Source of the DNA: Bacteriovoracia bacterium
GTDB taxonomy: Bacteria > Bdellovibrionota > UBA1018 > CAIPTA01
NCBI GenBank assembly: GCA_050246755.1
Contig: JBFWVL010000004.1
Span: 128,001-192,000 of the forward strand
Direction: 5' to 3'
DNA: 64,000 nucleotides
The stretch's first letter is position 1. Each line of letters begins with the position of its first letter. Below, one piece after another: positions 1-10,061 of the stretch. A program made the translations under genes and the position numbers. The notes under the pieces were generated by a model that saw only the letters and a program-made list of their open reading frames with translations, searched no databases and was not told the DNA's origin.

Positions 1-1080
1 TTGAAGCGCACCATCGATCTCGTGGAAGAAGTGGCGCGCATTTGGGGCTTTGACCACTTGGAATCGAAGCTTCCACTCGGGGGAGTGGGAGAGGCCGAAG
101 GCACGAATTCCCGCCGAAATTCTTATTTTCAGGTGCGTCGGGTGCGCCGTCACTTGGCTTCTCTTGGATTTTTCGAAGCGCTGAACTATGCGTTCACTTC
201 GGAAGAAATTCTCCGCAAGGCCCATAGCGAAGAGGAGCTCAAGGCCACGGTGGAGATTGCCAATCCTGTGACCAGCGATTTCTCCGTGCTGAAGCCGAGC
301 CTCGTGACCGGCCTTTTGCAAAACGTGGTGCATAACTTCGCCCACGGTTCCCGCGATCTGCGTTTGTTTGAAGTGCGCCGCTCCTTCGCTAGGGCGGAAA
401 AGCCTAACAGCCCCGATCCCCGCCTCGATACGGGCGTAAAGGAGGATACGCAAATCGCCCTTCTTCTTACCGGCAGTGAAGTAGACGAATTTTGGCAAGG
501 GAAGGCGAGCTCGGTGGACTACTATTCCATCAAGGGCGCACTTGAGTCGATTTTCGAAATGCTGAGCCTCGGCGGAGTTCAGTTTCAGCCGGGAACGGAC
601 CGTGGATTTCTACATCCTGGCCAGAGTGCCACGGTGATCGTGGCGGGCAAGCCCGCGGGCTACGTGGGTCGCTTGCACCCGCGCGTAGAAAAAAACTTCG
701 AGTTCGGGCAGGATGTTTTCTTCGCCGAGATCCGTCTCGATGCGCTGATTAGCGATGAAAAACGAACGCTTCTCTTTAAGGAGTTCTCGAATTTCCCTCT
801 CGTGGAGCGGGATTTTTCTGTGCTTGTGAAAGATTCGGTGAACGCCCAAATGATCCGGGGGCTCGTGACGAAATTAGCGAAGCCCCTGCTGCGTAATTTT
901 CATTTCTTCGATGTCTATAAGGGATCCCGCGTGCCGGAAGGGCATACTAGTTATGCCTTTCGCATCGAGCTCGGCGCGAACGATCACACGCTAGCGGATG
1001 CGGAAATCACTGCCGTACAGGAAAAAATCATGAAAGAGCTCGAGAAAGAGCTCCAGGCGAAGTTCGCCGGCCTAAACTAA
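1..1080 (+). CDS. pheT: Phenylalanine-tRNA ligase beta subunit (5'-truncated by window edge)
   Basis: DLVEEVARIWG motif, IANP..SVLKPSL catalytic-like domain, C-terminal FDX-ACB domain (FPLVERDFS, FFDVYKG); followed by ihfA. Confidence 0.97.
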   Translation: MKRTIDLVEEVARIWGFDHLESKLPLGGVGEAEGTNSRRNSYFQVRRVRRHLASLGFFEALNYAFTSEEILRKAHSEEELKATVEIANPVTSDFSVLKPSLVTGLLQNVVHNFAHGSRDLRLFEVRRSFARAEKPNSPDPRLDTGVKEDTQIALLLTGSEVDEFWQGKASSVDYYSIKGALESIFEMLSLGGVQFQPGTDRGFLHPGQSATVIVAGKPAGYVGRLHPRVEKNFEFGQDVFFAEIRLDALISDEKRTLLFKEFSNFPLVERDFSVLVKDSVNAQMIRGLVTKLAKPLLRNFHFFDVYKGSRVPEGHTSYAFRIELGANDHTLADAEITAVQEKIMKELEKELQAKFAGLN

Positions 1081-1175
1081 CGATATTTCTCGAGAAATTT
1101 GCTTATTAAGTATTGCCTTTTGATTCAAATAGCTTAGCCTAGATCTATCAGCTCATTACGGAAAATGGGGGGCCA

Positions 1176-1496
1176 ATGACCAAGGCTGAACTGATCGAGG
1201 CTGTGTATAGTAAAGTAGGGATTTCAAAGAAGGAATCCGCCGATCTTGTGGAAATGATCTTCGACACCATGAAGGACACTTTGTCTAACGGTGAGAAGAT
1301 TAAGATTTCTGGATTCGGTAATTTCGTGGTGCGTGAAAAACGTTCGCGAATGGGGCGTAACCCGCAAACGGGTGAGTCCATGGAGATCTCCGCGCGTCGC
1401 GTGTTGACCTTCCGTCCTTCTCAAGTACTCAAGAACGACCTAAATGGCGGCGAAGGCCCCGTGGGCGACGATGAGGATGACGATGATGCAGAATGA
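1176..1496 (+). CDS. ihfA: Integration host factor alpha subunit
   Basis: MTKAEL, KISGFGNF, GRNPQTGE, RRVLTFRPS motifs; conserved position after pheT. Confidence 0.95.
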   Translation: MTKAELIEAVYSKVGISKKESADLVEMIFDTMKDTLSNGEKIKISGFGNFVVREKRSRMGRNPQTGESMEISARRVLTFRPSQVLKNDLNGGEGPVGDDEDDDDAE

Positions 1497-1917
1497 GCAT
1501 TTGCCGTCTCTTTCTGAGCTCACGAACTCGTCTTTGCCCTTATCGGCCGACGAAAAAATTCCTTCCATCCCAGATCGTATGTATTTTCGCATCGGAGACG
1601 TAGCCGAAATCGCGGGCGTGCAGCCGTACGTGCTGCGATTCTGGGAGAAAGAATTCGATTTCTTGGCTCCCATTAAGAACGCGTCTGGGCAGCGCTTATA
1701 CCGCAAGGGCGACGTGGAATCCGTGCTTCTGATTAAGCGCCTGCTTTACCTAGAGCGCTATTCGATCGAAGGCGCGAAAAAGCGCATCAAAGAATTACGC
1801 AAAGAAGGCGGTCTGAAGAACGCTAAGCGCGAACGCTCGGCCCTCGACGATCATAAGATCGAGTGCATCCGCACCGTGAAGGAAGAGCTCAGAAGCCTCA
1901 TCGATCTCGTATCGTAA
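1486..1917 (+). CDS. MerR-family HTH regulator (ihfA-associated)
   Basis: IPDRMYFRIGDVAEIAGVQPYVLRFWEKEF; typical pheT-ihfA-merR synteny; start chosen at the ATG after GAGGA. Confidence 0.9.
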   Translation: MQNEHLPSLSELTNSSLPLSADEKIPSIPDRMYFRIGDVAEIAGVQPYVLRFWEKEFDFLAPIKNASGQRLYRKGDVESVLLIKRLLYLERYSIEGAKKRIKELRKEGGLKNAKRERSALDDHKIECIRTVKEELRSLIDLVS

Positions 1918-1932
1918 GAGTTTCTCGGCGAG

Positions 1933-1969
1933 AATCCCGATTTGGCCTGCGCGCCGGATCGGGATTTTT
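1933..1969 (+). terminator. Intrinsic terminator of pheT-ihfA-merR
   Basis: AATCCCGATTTGGC-loop-GCCGGATCGGGATT followed by a T run. Confidence 0.75.
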
Positions 1970-2020
1970 CATTTGTGGCGACACATGAATTTGTAACTAG
2001 TGAGAACTTCTAGGTAACGC

Positions 2021-2873
2021 ATGGCTTCTACCACGTCGCAAGTAAAAGAGATCTGCGCTACGGTAGCGCGCTGGGAGAAGCCACCTTCCGGGGATTCGGG
2101 CCGTAAACGTGCGCAATGGATTCGCGCTACCGAAGAACACATTGAGGCGGCCTGGAAAAAAGCAAACGTGAAGGAAGTGCTAGAGGAGCGAGGGCGCGTG
2201 ATCGCTTTGTTCCTGCACTATTCACGGACTAAACCGATGGTGCGTGGCCAGAAGTCTCTGCTTTTCCGCTTTCATCCGCGCCACCGCAAGCAAGCGCTCC
2301 GCTGGGTTTGCGGCAAGATCGCCCAAAATCGCAACGCGTATACCTCTTTCACGGAAGCCGGGGGTTGCGCTGCGCGGACTGCTCCAAGCAAAAAATCCTC
2401 CCCTGAATTTAGACCACCTCGGCCTGACTATCCGGAAGTTAAGCCCGAAAGACATTTCCTCGGTGATGCGTCTGCAGCGAAAGGTTTTCACGAAAATTCC
2501 CGAGCGCGGGTACTACTCCCATATGCCGAGTCGTATGGCCTCCGATCGCCGTGAATATTTGGCGGTGATGCGGGATCCGAAGAGGGGATTTCTCTTTGGC
2601 GTTTTCCGAGGGCAAAAGCTTTTAGGTTACTTCGCCTTATTTATCTATCGCAGCTCCCTGGCCGACGCGAGAGCCGGGACGAGCCTTACCTTTGATTTTT
2701 CCATTCAGGGGAGGGGCATAGCCCAAACCGCCTACCGCATCATGCTGGAAGAGATGAAGCGCCGAAGGGTTCGCAGCTTTCACGGAGGAACTTCGCAACC
2801 CGCAGTGCTGGGGCTAGCGAAAATCATGAGGCGCAAAACCGTTTCCTACTTGTTGCGTTACAAAAAGAGTTAA
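2021..2873 (+). pseudogene. GNAT-family acetyltransferase split by an apparent frameshift near 2360
   Basis: Overlapping ORFs 2021..2554 and 2244..2873; protein-like reading switches frame at the G5 run 2360-2364; C-terminal part has the GNAT acetyl-CoA motif QGRGIA. Confidence 0.55.
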
Positions 2874-2991
2874 GTGCTGGTAAACGCAGGGTAACGCAAA
2901 GCTTCTATAACGTTCGCTCTAAAATACGGCACACGAAAGCCATACACGGCATCGTGACGACTTTTCACCCGAAAATGCCGAAAAGAATCAC

Positions 2992-4263
2992 GTGAAGTAC
3001 TTCCTACTCCTCAGTTTATTTCTAACTTTGTCCTCCGCCTTCGCGCTCACTCCCGAAGTGAAGCAGCTCGTGCGCCACGAGACGAAGTCTAATGGCGTGT
3101 CTGTGCGTGCCGAAGTCAAGATCGCGCTCCGCCATTTTGAGATTCCCGTCGATGAGGTGGCCTTGGACATTTCGGAGCGGCTTCCACCCGAAGTCCGCGA
3201 ATCGCTGCTTTTTACCAAAAACGGCCGCCAGTATTTGCGCTGGCTGATCAATCCTGAAGACAGGAAATGGTACCGAGAGGTGAAGGCGTACTTAAAAAAG
3301 AAGAACCTCGATAATAAGGAATACAAATATTTCGACGGTTACCAGACGGCTTCGCGGAGCTATATCGTGGAGGATCCCAAATCCCACGCGGAGTTTTCGC
3401 TCAAAGTTTCTACCGATACCACGGGCGGGCACTGGAAAGACAAAAAGCAAACCGCCCAGGACGCGATCGACGTGCGGCGCTCCACTGACTTCGTGGTGGA
3501 TTTAGGCAGAAAAGAGCCTTTTAGGAATTTCGTTCTGCTCGATGAACCTGCGGCCTTTACCTTGCCTTCCATCGATCAGGGCGTGATCGTGCGCACCCTG
3601 TATGACCTTCCCGACTCGCAAAAATACTATTTACCCGGGTTTTCCGCCGTGCATACCCAGGCCGGCGAAGAAATCGCGAAACTGAACGGAGCCACGAACG
3701 TGGCGGCCTTTTGGGAAGAGCATTACGTGAAGCCGCTGGCGCGTTCGCTCGCGGAACTGGCCGCCCGGGCGGGGATTGCCTACGATTCTCCGCATTCCCA
3801 GAATTTTTTGGTGGAGCTTGACGCTGATTTTCGTCCCACGGGAAAAATCGTATTGCGGGATCTAGGTGATATTTTTCTCACGCCGGAGCTGACGGTCGCG
3901 GCCGGGGGCGAGAGAGTGGTGAAGCGCTGGCCGGAAAAAAATATCACGAGGCGGAGAATCAGCGCCGGAGTGGGAATTCTGCACGGAAATGTGTTCCCCA
4001 GTTGGCTCGATGAGGCCGGTTACGATAAGTGGGGCAAGACTTTCTTTCAGGAATACGAGAAAGAGCTTACCCGGATAACCGGCGTTTCCAGTTTTTTTGG
4101 CGAATATAAAAAAAATCTTCGCTACTTTTCGAAGGCTTACTACGTGGACGGCAGCGAATGGCAAAAATACATTACCCGGGTGAAGGCCGCCCGCGTAAAC
4201 GAACGCTGGCTTATTCCGACCGGCGTCGATTGTGCCAATGCGTTTTCCCTGATGAAAGACTAA
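2992..4263 (+). CDS. Secreted hypothetical protein with IucA/IucC-like (kinase-like) motifs
   Basis: N-terminal signal peptide; TASRS, LKVS, PHSQNFLV and LRDLG motifs. Confidence 0.6.
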   Translation: MKYFLLLSLFLTLSSAFALTPEVKQLVRHETKSNGVSVRAEVKIALRHFEIPVDEVALDISERLPPEVRESLLFTKNGRQYLRWLINPEDRKWYREVKAYLKKKNLDNKEYKYFDGYQTASRSYIVEDPKSHAEFSLKVSTDTTGGHWKDKKQTAQDAIDVRRSTDFVVDLGRKEPFRNFVLLDEPAAFTLPSIDQGVIVRTLYDLPDSQKYYLPGFSAVHTQAGEEIAKLNGATNVAAFWEEHYVKPLARSLAELAARAGIAYDSPHSQNFLVELDADFRPTGKIVLRDLGDIFLTPELTVAAGGERVVKRWPEKNITRRRISAGVGILHGNVFPSWLDEAGYDKWGKTFFQEYEKELTRITGVSSFFGEYKKNLRYFSKAYYVDGSEWQKYITRVKAARVNERWLIPTGVDCANAFSLMKD

Positions 4264-5255
4264 TTCGGGTCCGGCTGGGGCAATCCTACGGCGGCGATGG
4301 AGCCGGCGAGTTTCATGCCATAGAATCCGTCACTGCGCTTGGCGGCGAGACTATCAAGCATGGACTGCAGCGTAGGCAGCGCGCGCAGCAGCCTGTCGGA
4401 GGGCTTGAGGCGTAAACGCAGATCGAGTCGGGAATAATTCACGGGTTCCGCCAGCTGAATATTTCCTTCCACGCGGAGCTCGAGGTCTTTGGTGGGGCCG
4501 CCGAGCTGCACTTTTTCGAGCAATAATTTTCCGCGCAGGAGCTTGGCTTGGATCTCCAGGGGTCCAAGGTCTAAGATTGGCAGCGCCACGGGCAGCTGGA
4601 GCGAAGCGGGATCGAGCACGATGTTTTTGCCGGCTGCGCGGATGGTACCGTCGCCCTTCGACAGGCGCTGGCCTTCGAGAGAGAGGTCGGTGATGAGCGA
4701 AGTGAGAACGCCCTTGAGATCGATACCGGCCTGGGAAAGTGGGGTAAAGGAGGCAAGATCGAGATTTTCCACCTGCAGGCTCACGTCGGTATTGCTGCCG
4801 AGAGAAAAACTGCCGCTGAAATTTCCCTTATAGGCCTCGGCCGAAAACGATCCGCGGAAATTGGGGGTGGGGCCGGATGGGATCAAGCTCAGTAAGCTTG
4901 GGTAGATCTGCATTTTGGTGATGCTGGCACCACTACCTATCTGAAATTTAGGCTCCAGCTCGAGCTTCTCGAATACGAGGTGAGGAAGAAAAAAAAGACG
5001 GAAGCCCACTTTATCGGCACGCCAATTATAGGGAGTATTCAGATTCAATTGCGTGAGGGTGAGGTTAGTTACCGCGGAGTCGGGCACCTTCATAATCATG
5101 AAAAAGAGGAGCGCCACGAGAAAAATCAGGACGTAGGCGGCGATCTTCATCGCTTTTTTGCCGCGTGATACCGGCGCGGCTGGTTCGGTGGGAGTGGCTT
5201 CCGATTTTTTCCCTCGAGAGGAAAGAAGATTGGTGTCGAGAGTGTCTACCGCCAC
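4260..5255 (-). CDS. gspN: Type II secretion system protein N
   Basis: Last gene of the gsp cluster; one N-terminal TM helix followed by a beta-rich periplasmic domain. Confidence 0.75.
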   Translation of the reverse strand: MAVDTLDTNLLSSRGKKSEATPTEPAAPVSRGKKAMKIAAYVLIFLVALLFFMIMKVPDSAVTNLTLTQLNLNTPYNWRADKVGFRLFFLPHLVFEKLELEPKFQIGSGASITKMQIYPSLLSLIPSGPTPNFRGSFSAEAYKGNFSGSFSLGSNTDVSLQVENLDLASFTPLSQAGIDLKGVLTSLITDLSLEGQRLSKGDGTIRAAGKNIVLDPASLQLPVALPILDLGPLEIQAKLLRGKLLLEKVQLGGPTKDLELRVEGNIQLAEPVNYSRLDLRLRLKPSDRLLRALPTLQSMLDSLAAKRSDGFYGMKLAGSIAAVGLPQPDPN

Positions 5256-5842
5256 TAGAGGCCTCCCACTTTCGGGATCTTCCGCACGAGCAGCTCGGCC
5301 CAGAGGTAACCTTCAGGATCGTCTTTATTGTCGATCGAAAGCTTTTCCACCGCGGCGCCCGCGTTCGACTGCTCCACGAGGTAGAGCATACGCACGAGCT
5401 GGCGGAGCGAAATTTTGGTCAGCTTCACCGTGACGCCATTATTTTTTTCGTCCCCGATTTCCACGTTGGATTTGGAAATCAAGGATTTTTGGGTGGCGCG
5501 CTCGGCGAAGGCGGTCACGGGCAGGTTCACGTCGAAGTCGCGCAGCAGGGAATCGGAATTTTGATTGCGGGCTTCGGCCTTGAGCTCCTCGATGCGAGCG
5601 GCGGCGTTCTGGGCGTAGCGGATATCTTCTTCCATCGCGGCGAGCTCGCTTTTGAGCACCATCGTGCGGCCCCATAGCGTGAAGAAGGTGACGAGGAGCA
5701 CGAGCACGAAGGCGGCGAAGGAGCCGATGATGATGTAACTCTGGGTTTGGCCGTCGAGCTCGGCGAATTTCTGGCGAATTTTTAAAATCTGTTCGTTATC
5801 CCAGACTTGTTCGCGAAGCTCCAGTTTCAGTTTTTGCCACAT
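5255..5842 (-). CDS. gspM: Type II secretion system protein M
   Basis: TM helix, coiled coil and ferredoxin-like C-terminus (ISLRQLVRMLYLVE); lies between gspL and gspN. Confidence 0.7.
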   Translation of the reverse strand: MWQKLKLELREQVWDNEQILKIRQKFAELDGQTQSYIIIGSFAAFVLVLLVTFFTLWGRTMVLKSELAAMEEDIRYAQNAAARIEELKAEARNQNSDSLLRDFDVNLPVTAFAERATQKSLISKSNVEIGDEKNNGVTVKLTKISLRQLVRMLYLVEQSNAGAAVEKLSIDNKDDPEGYLWAELLVRKIPKVGGL

Positions 5843-5845
5843 ACC

Positions 5846-7468
5846 TTACATTCCCTTCTTCACGAGGTTCGTGGTGAGGCTGAACTTCCGGCGGGTGCCT
5901 TTAGTCTCGAGGGCGCTGGCCTTGGGACTCTGGAAATGAGGAAAGGCGGTGAGGGCGGCGATCGCTTTTTCGGCGTCTTGCTGCGTGGGCGAATCCACGT
6001 TCAGGGTGAGCTTGCTGGTGAGGAGATCAAACTGGTCGATTTCCATCGTGGTGGATTTCGGGATCACCTTGCTCAGTTCCTGAATGAGCTCGAGACTGGA
6101 AGAAGCGGAGCCTCCGCCTTTGCCCTGGGCCTGGAATTCCTCGATTTTTTTCGTGATGGTCTGGTGCATCTTGGTGGGGCTGGCCCGCAGGGTGGAGACG
6201 TAGCTGGCGGATACGCGGCCGAGCACCGATTGCAGGGCGCGCGAAAGGATTGCGTCCTTTTTTTCGATTTCCTGATTCAGAAAAAACATCTGCCCGATCA
6301 CGCTGAGCATCGCCACCACGTAAAGGGTAAGGGCAAGCTTGGCGGGATACACGAATTGGCTGATATTGAGATTCAGTGCGCGCCCGGCGATATGCAGCTT
6401 GCCGCTGCGGAAATTCACGGTGCTTTTTCCCTCGCCCCCGGCCTGGGAAAGGCCGATCGCGCAGGCCATCGGCAGCAGCCACTCGAGGCCGCGCTGCGGC
6501 TGGATCGAAAGGCTAGGAAAAAGCTGGCGCACCTGCAGGGGAGCTACGCGCTTTTGCCAGCGCGCCGCGAGAAATTCCATCATGCCCGGAATAAGGGCCG
6601 TGCCGCCGCAAATATAGATGGAGTCGATCGGCTCCTGGTAGCGGGAACTGAAAGCCATCAGGCTTTGCTGGAAATCGGAAAATACCGGTTCGAGGGCGAG
6701 GCGAATCGTGCTGGAGAAAACTTCCTGATCGTTCGTGAGCTTCATGCCGGGCACGGCGAGAAACCCACGCTCGATCTTGGCGAGCTCGGCTTCGGCGATG
6801 CCGATCGAATATTTTTGGGCGATCGCTTCAGTCACTTGGTAGCCGCCCACCATGGTATTGCGGTGGAGCACCGGCAGCCCGTCGCGGAGAAAAAACATCG
6901 CGCTTTTGCGGTGCCCGAGGTTGAGCACGGCCACATTTTTTTGTTTCTCGGCTTTGGCGCGCTGGAAGAGCGAAGCGAGCGCCGCGTCTTCCATCATCAG
7001 CGTTTGCGGCGAGAGGTGAATGCCGCTGAGCGTGTCCACGAACCGGGCGAGCGAAGCGATCGGCGCAAAACCCGTGAGCACATGGGTTTCTTTTCCTTTA
7101 CCGGGATAGAACTGGCTCGAAACGATGCATTGCTCGAGGTCGAATGGAATTTCGTCTTCGATGGCGAGCTTCACCGCGCTCTGCACTTTACGCTTATCTT
7201 TGATGGGAAACGTGATGAAGCGGGAGCTATAAAGCGAAAAAGGAAGGTTGGTAACCACGCGCTCCACGCCGCCGGCATAGCGGTTCGCCGTTTCGGCGAG
7301 GGTGGCGATTTGGCCGGGGCTCAGGGACTGTTCGCCGGGGAGGATGGGGTCCCAGGCATCGGGCACCGAAGTGATATCGTGAAGCACAACATCGAACCGT
7401 TTAAATTTGGCTTCGACGATGACCGTCTTGATATTGGCTGTGCCGATGTCGATTGCGAGGATTTTCAT
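5846..7468 (-). CDS. gspL: Type II secretion system protein L (PilM-like actin fold fused to a PilN-like domain)
   Basis: ILAIDIGT actin-fold start, ICGGTALIPG, TM helix and PilN-like C-terminus. Confidence 0.85.
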   Translation of the reverse strand: MKILAIDIGTANIKTVIVEAKFKRFDVVLHDITSVPDAWDPILPGEQSLSPGQIATLAETANRYAGGVERVVTNLPFSLYSSRFITFPIKDKRKVQSAVKLAIEDEIPFDLEQCIVSSQFYPGKGKETHVLTGFAPIASLARFVDTLSGIHLSPQTLMMEDAALASLFQRAKAEKQKNVAVLNLGHRKSAMFFLRDGLPVLHRNTMVGGYQVTEAIAQKYSIGIAEAELAKIERGFLAVPGMKLTNDQEVFSSTIRLALEPVFSDFQQSLMAFSSRYQEPIDSIYICGGTALIPGMMEFLAARWQKRVAPLQVRQLFPSLSIQPQRGLEWLLPMACAIGLSQAGGEGKSTVNFRSGKLHIAGRALNLNISQFVYPAKLALTLYVVAMLSVIGQMFFLNQEIEKKDAILSRALQSVLGRVSASYVSTLRASPTKMHQTITKKIEEFQAQGKGGGSASSSLELIQELSKVIPKSTTMEIDQFDLLTSKLTLNVDSPTQQDAEKAIAALTAFPHFQSPKASALETKGTRRKFSLTTNLVKKGM

Positions 7469-7469
7469 C

Positions 7470-8816
7470 TTAATCTGCCTTCAAGTATATAATGCGCAGG
7501 GAATCACTGCTATTTTTTGCTTCGGGCTTTTCTCCTTCGGCCGCAGTTTTTTGGGCGGGATCCGGCGCCTGCGTGAACGTGGCTTGTTGATTCTGTTGCT
7601 GGGCCTCTAGCTTGTCGGCCGCGGAAAGGGGAGCCATCACGCCCACGCTCGCCAGCCAAGTTTTGTGGGAAACGCCGCTTTCCCCCGTGACAACTACACG
7701 GTAGGAGGTTTCCTTGCCGAGGATTTGGATTCCGCTCTCGGCGATGCGTTTCTTAGCGTCGTCGAAGTTATTGAAGGTGTTTAGGTAGGTCCAGAACTCG
7801 TCGGCGCTCTTAAAATTCCCGCCCTCGGTGGTATCGTCGCGGCGTTTGAGTAAGCGCTCGAGATTATCGTTGGTGAGCTCGGGAATGAGGGCCTGAATTA
7901 CGGTGCCGGAGGCTTTGTTCACGTTGAGGGTACTGGTGGGCTGCGTGGTGAACACCTGCCCCACGATATTGGCGAGGATATCGTCGAAGCCCTTCACCAT
8001 GCTGAGCTCGGATTCCGAAATGAGCGGGGCGTCTTTTAGCGAGTAAGGAGTGGGGCTGGCCTCGGAATAGTAGTCGGACTTATTGCGGTTATCGGCATCG
8101 GTTTTGGTGGCGGGATCCATGAAGGCCACGAGGTTGAGCAATAGATTGTCCGCTTTGATATTCGGGTATTTATTCCGGAAGTTCTCGTCGTCTTGGCGCT
8201 TTTTCTCGAAAACCTGATCCAAAACTTCAGCGTAGTTTTTGCGGATTTTATCGCGGGCCGCCTTTACGGCTTCGGGATCTTCGGGCTGATTTTGGCCGGG
8301 TTGAGTCTTTGCTAAAACGCCTCCGTATTTTGAGTCCGCCTGCCCGCCCTGAGGATTCGTGGGGCTCGCCGCGGTGCGGATCAGCTGGTTCAAATCCAAG
8401 CGATCGCCCTCTCCCTGAATACTCACGGTAAGGGTGCCCTCGAGCGCGAGCGATTTATTGAATGCAGCGAGGGATTGGGTATCGACGGGAGTTAAGCCGG
8501 GCAGGGCGGGCGGGGGCAAGATCAGCGGTGTTTGCCAAATTTGGTCGGCGAGGCTTTCGTCGCCGAGGCCGAGATTCTTGATCTGGCCCCTGGCCTTTTC
8601 GGTGGCGCGCAGCTGGAGGAGGCCGAGCCGGAGGGCCGAACGTACGAGCAGGCGCGCGCGCAGCTGATCGCGGGCGCGAAACACAATGCCCGTGTAGACC
8701 TGATTTTGGTACACGAGCTCGGCGGCGAGAATGCTGAGGATCAGCATCGTCACGAGCGTCATCATCATCGCGATGCCGCCTTCCCCCAATTTTTTACTAG
8801 GCTTCTTCATGCTCAT
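7470..8816 (-). CDS. gspK: Type II secretion minor pseudopilin K
   Basis: GIAMMMTLV prepilin-like leader; LDLNQL, ELSMVKG and LNVNKAS motifs; ATGA overlap with the gspJ stop. Confidence 0.88.
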   Translation of the reverse strand: MSMKKPSKKLGEGGIAMMMTLVTMLILSILAAELVYQNQVYTGIVFRARDQLRARLLVRSALRLGLLQLRATEKARGQIKNLGLGDESLADQIWQTPLILPPPALPGLTPVDTQSLAAFNKSLALEGTLTVSIQGEGDRLDLNQLIRTAASPTNPQGGQADSKYGGVLAKTQPGQNQPEDPEAVKAARDKIRKNYAEVLDQVFEKKRQDDENFRNKYPNIKADNLLLNLVAFMDPATKTDADNRNKSDYYSEASPTPYSLKDAPLISESELSMVKGFDDILANIVGQVFTTQPTSTLNVNKASGTVIQALIPELTNDNLERLLKRRDDTTEGGNFKSADEFWTYLNTFNNFDDAKKRIAESGIQILGKETSYRVVVTGESGVSHKTWLASVGVMAPLSAADKLEAQQQNQQATFTQAPDPAQKTAAEGEKPEAKNSSDSLRIIYLKAD

Positions 8817-9583
8817 TTTAGGAATTGCTGCTTCAGCTTTTCTTTGTCCTCCGCGCTGAGAATATTGAGGGTCTGGTTGGGCCGGATGATCGCTTCCCAC
8901 GGCAGCTGCTTGGCGGGATTTAGCGGATCGGGAACTTCGATCTTCAGCGAGATCAGTTCCGGAAAACGATTGTTCGGTTTGGCGAACTGGCCTTCGGAGT
9001 CCCAGGTTTCGTCCCAGGTTTTATTTTCTTTCCGGAAATAGGTGAACTTGGCGCTCGCGAGATTATCGAGCAGGGCCACGCGATTGGGTTTTCGGGCGGT
9101 GCCATCTTCGTAGTGGTAAACGTCCCAGTCGGTGGAACGGTAGAGACTATAGGTTCCGCCCGGGTTACTCTCGATCTCCCAGGTTACTTTCATGAAATCT
9201 GATTCCGGCGCGTCGGCTTCCACGCGGCGATGGCTGTTGGTGACGAACGTAACCTTTTCTTTATCGCCTTTAAACCGCGCGCGACGAAGCCCATCGGAAC
9301 GGACGGGAGCGGTCCAGAAATTTATGGGTGGAGCATCGGCCTTTCCGGGCAGGGTTTCGGCCATCGGAGTAAATATCTGGCTGAAGTCGCTTTCCACGGC
9401 CTGCAGGCTGAGGGCGAGCGAGGAATAGTCGTTGGCCTCGGAGCCGAGGCGGAAGTTCAGGTCGAAGCTGCGCGTGGTGGCCTGGTAGATGGCAATGCTA
9501 ATGAAGGACAGCAGCGCCATCGCGATCAATACTTCCAGCAATGTGAGACCGGCTTCAGAGCCCGGTCGAGAATTCGGCGTCAT
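8813..9583 (-). CDS. gspJ: Type II secretion minor pseudopilin J
   Basis: G|LTLLEVLIAM prepilin motif; WDETWDS..FPELI C-terminus. Confidence 0.85.
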   Translation of the reverse strand: MTPNSRPGSEAGLTLLEVLIAMALLSFISIAIYQATTRSFDLNFRLGSEANDYSSLALSLQAVESDFSQIFTPMAETLPGKADAPPINFWTAPVRSDGLRRARFKGDKEKVTFVTNSHRRVEADAPESDFMKVTWEIESNPGGTYSLYRSTDWDVYHYEDGTARKPNRVALLDNLASAKFTYFRKENKTWDETWDSEGQFAKPNNRFPELISLKIEVPDPLNPAKQLPWEAIIRPNQTLNILSAEDKEKLKQQFLK

Positions 9584-10061
9584 AATTTACCAAGAGCTCC
9601 GAAAAGGTTTGGGAACTGGTTCCGTTTCCGTCGGGCCATTCCACGGTGAGGGTCACGCGGCGCACGCTTTTTTTCAGGTAATCGAGGAAGAGCTTTACCA
9701 CCTGCGCGGTGGTGGCGTCGGCGGTGCCATCTTTTTCATTTTTCTTGGCCATCATCTCTGCCAGGGTATCGAATTCCACCTCTTCGTATTTGGCCGTCCA
9801 TTTGAATTGCTGGTTGGGCTCCGGGAAGGTGCCGCTTTCCTCTTTGGGCAGCTGCTCGAAGGAAACCCCCTCGTACTTCACCTCGTTCTCGTTGATGATA
9901 TTCCGCGCGAGGTTGGTGGCGATCAAAATATTTTTCGAGCGTACGCTGGAGGAAAGGCTGGTGCCCTGGGTGATGAATACGGCCGAGAGGATCACCGTGA
10001 GCAGCGCGAACGCGATCATGAACTCGAGCAGGGTGAAACCGCTTTGCTGGTTGCGCATCAC
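9555..10061 (-). CDS. gspI: Type II secretion minor pseudopilin I
   Basis: G|FTLLEFMIA prepilin motif; RRVTLTVEW; cluster position. Confidence 0.82.
   Translation of the reverse strand: MMRNQQSGFTLLEFMIAFALLTVILSAVFITQGTSLSSSVRSKNILIATNLARNIINENEVKYEGVSFEQLPKEESGTFPEPNQQFKWTAKYEEVEFDTLAEMMAKKNEKDGTADATTAQVVKLFLDYLKKSVRRVTLTVEWPDGNGTSSQTFSELLVNYDAEFSTGL

Noticed and set aside
1918-2020. Expected tRNA-Pro after ihfA-merR
   Set aside because: No cloverleaf or T-loop motif; only a terminator hairpin is present.
2878-2935. GGTAAAC...ACGCAAAGC resembling a c-di-GMP-I riboswitch
   Set aside because: Lacks the GNRA-capped P2 stem and a pairing P3/P1.
5807-7492. 561-aa plus-strand ORF
   Set aside because: Antisense shadow of gspL; no motifs, typical of GC-rich codon bias.
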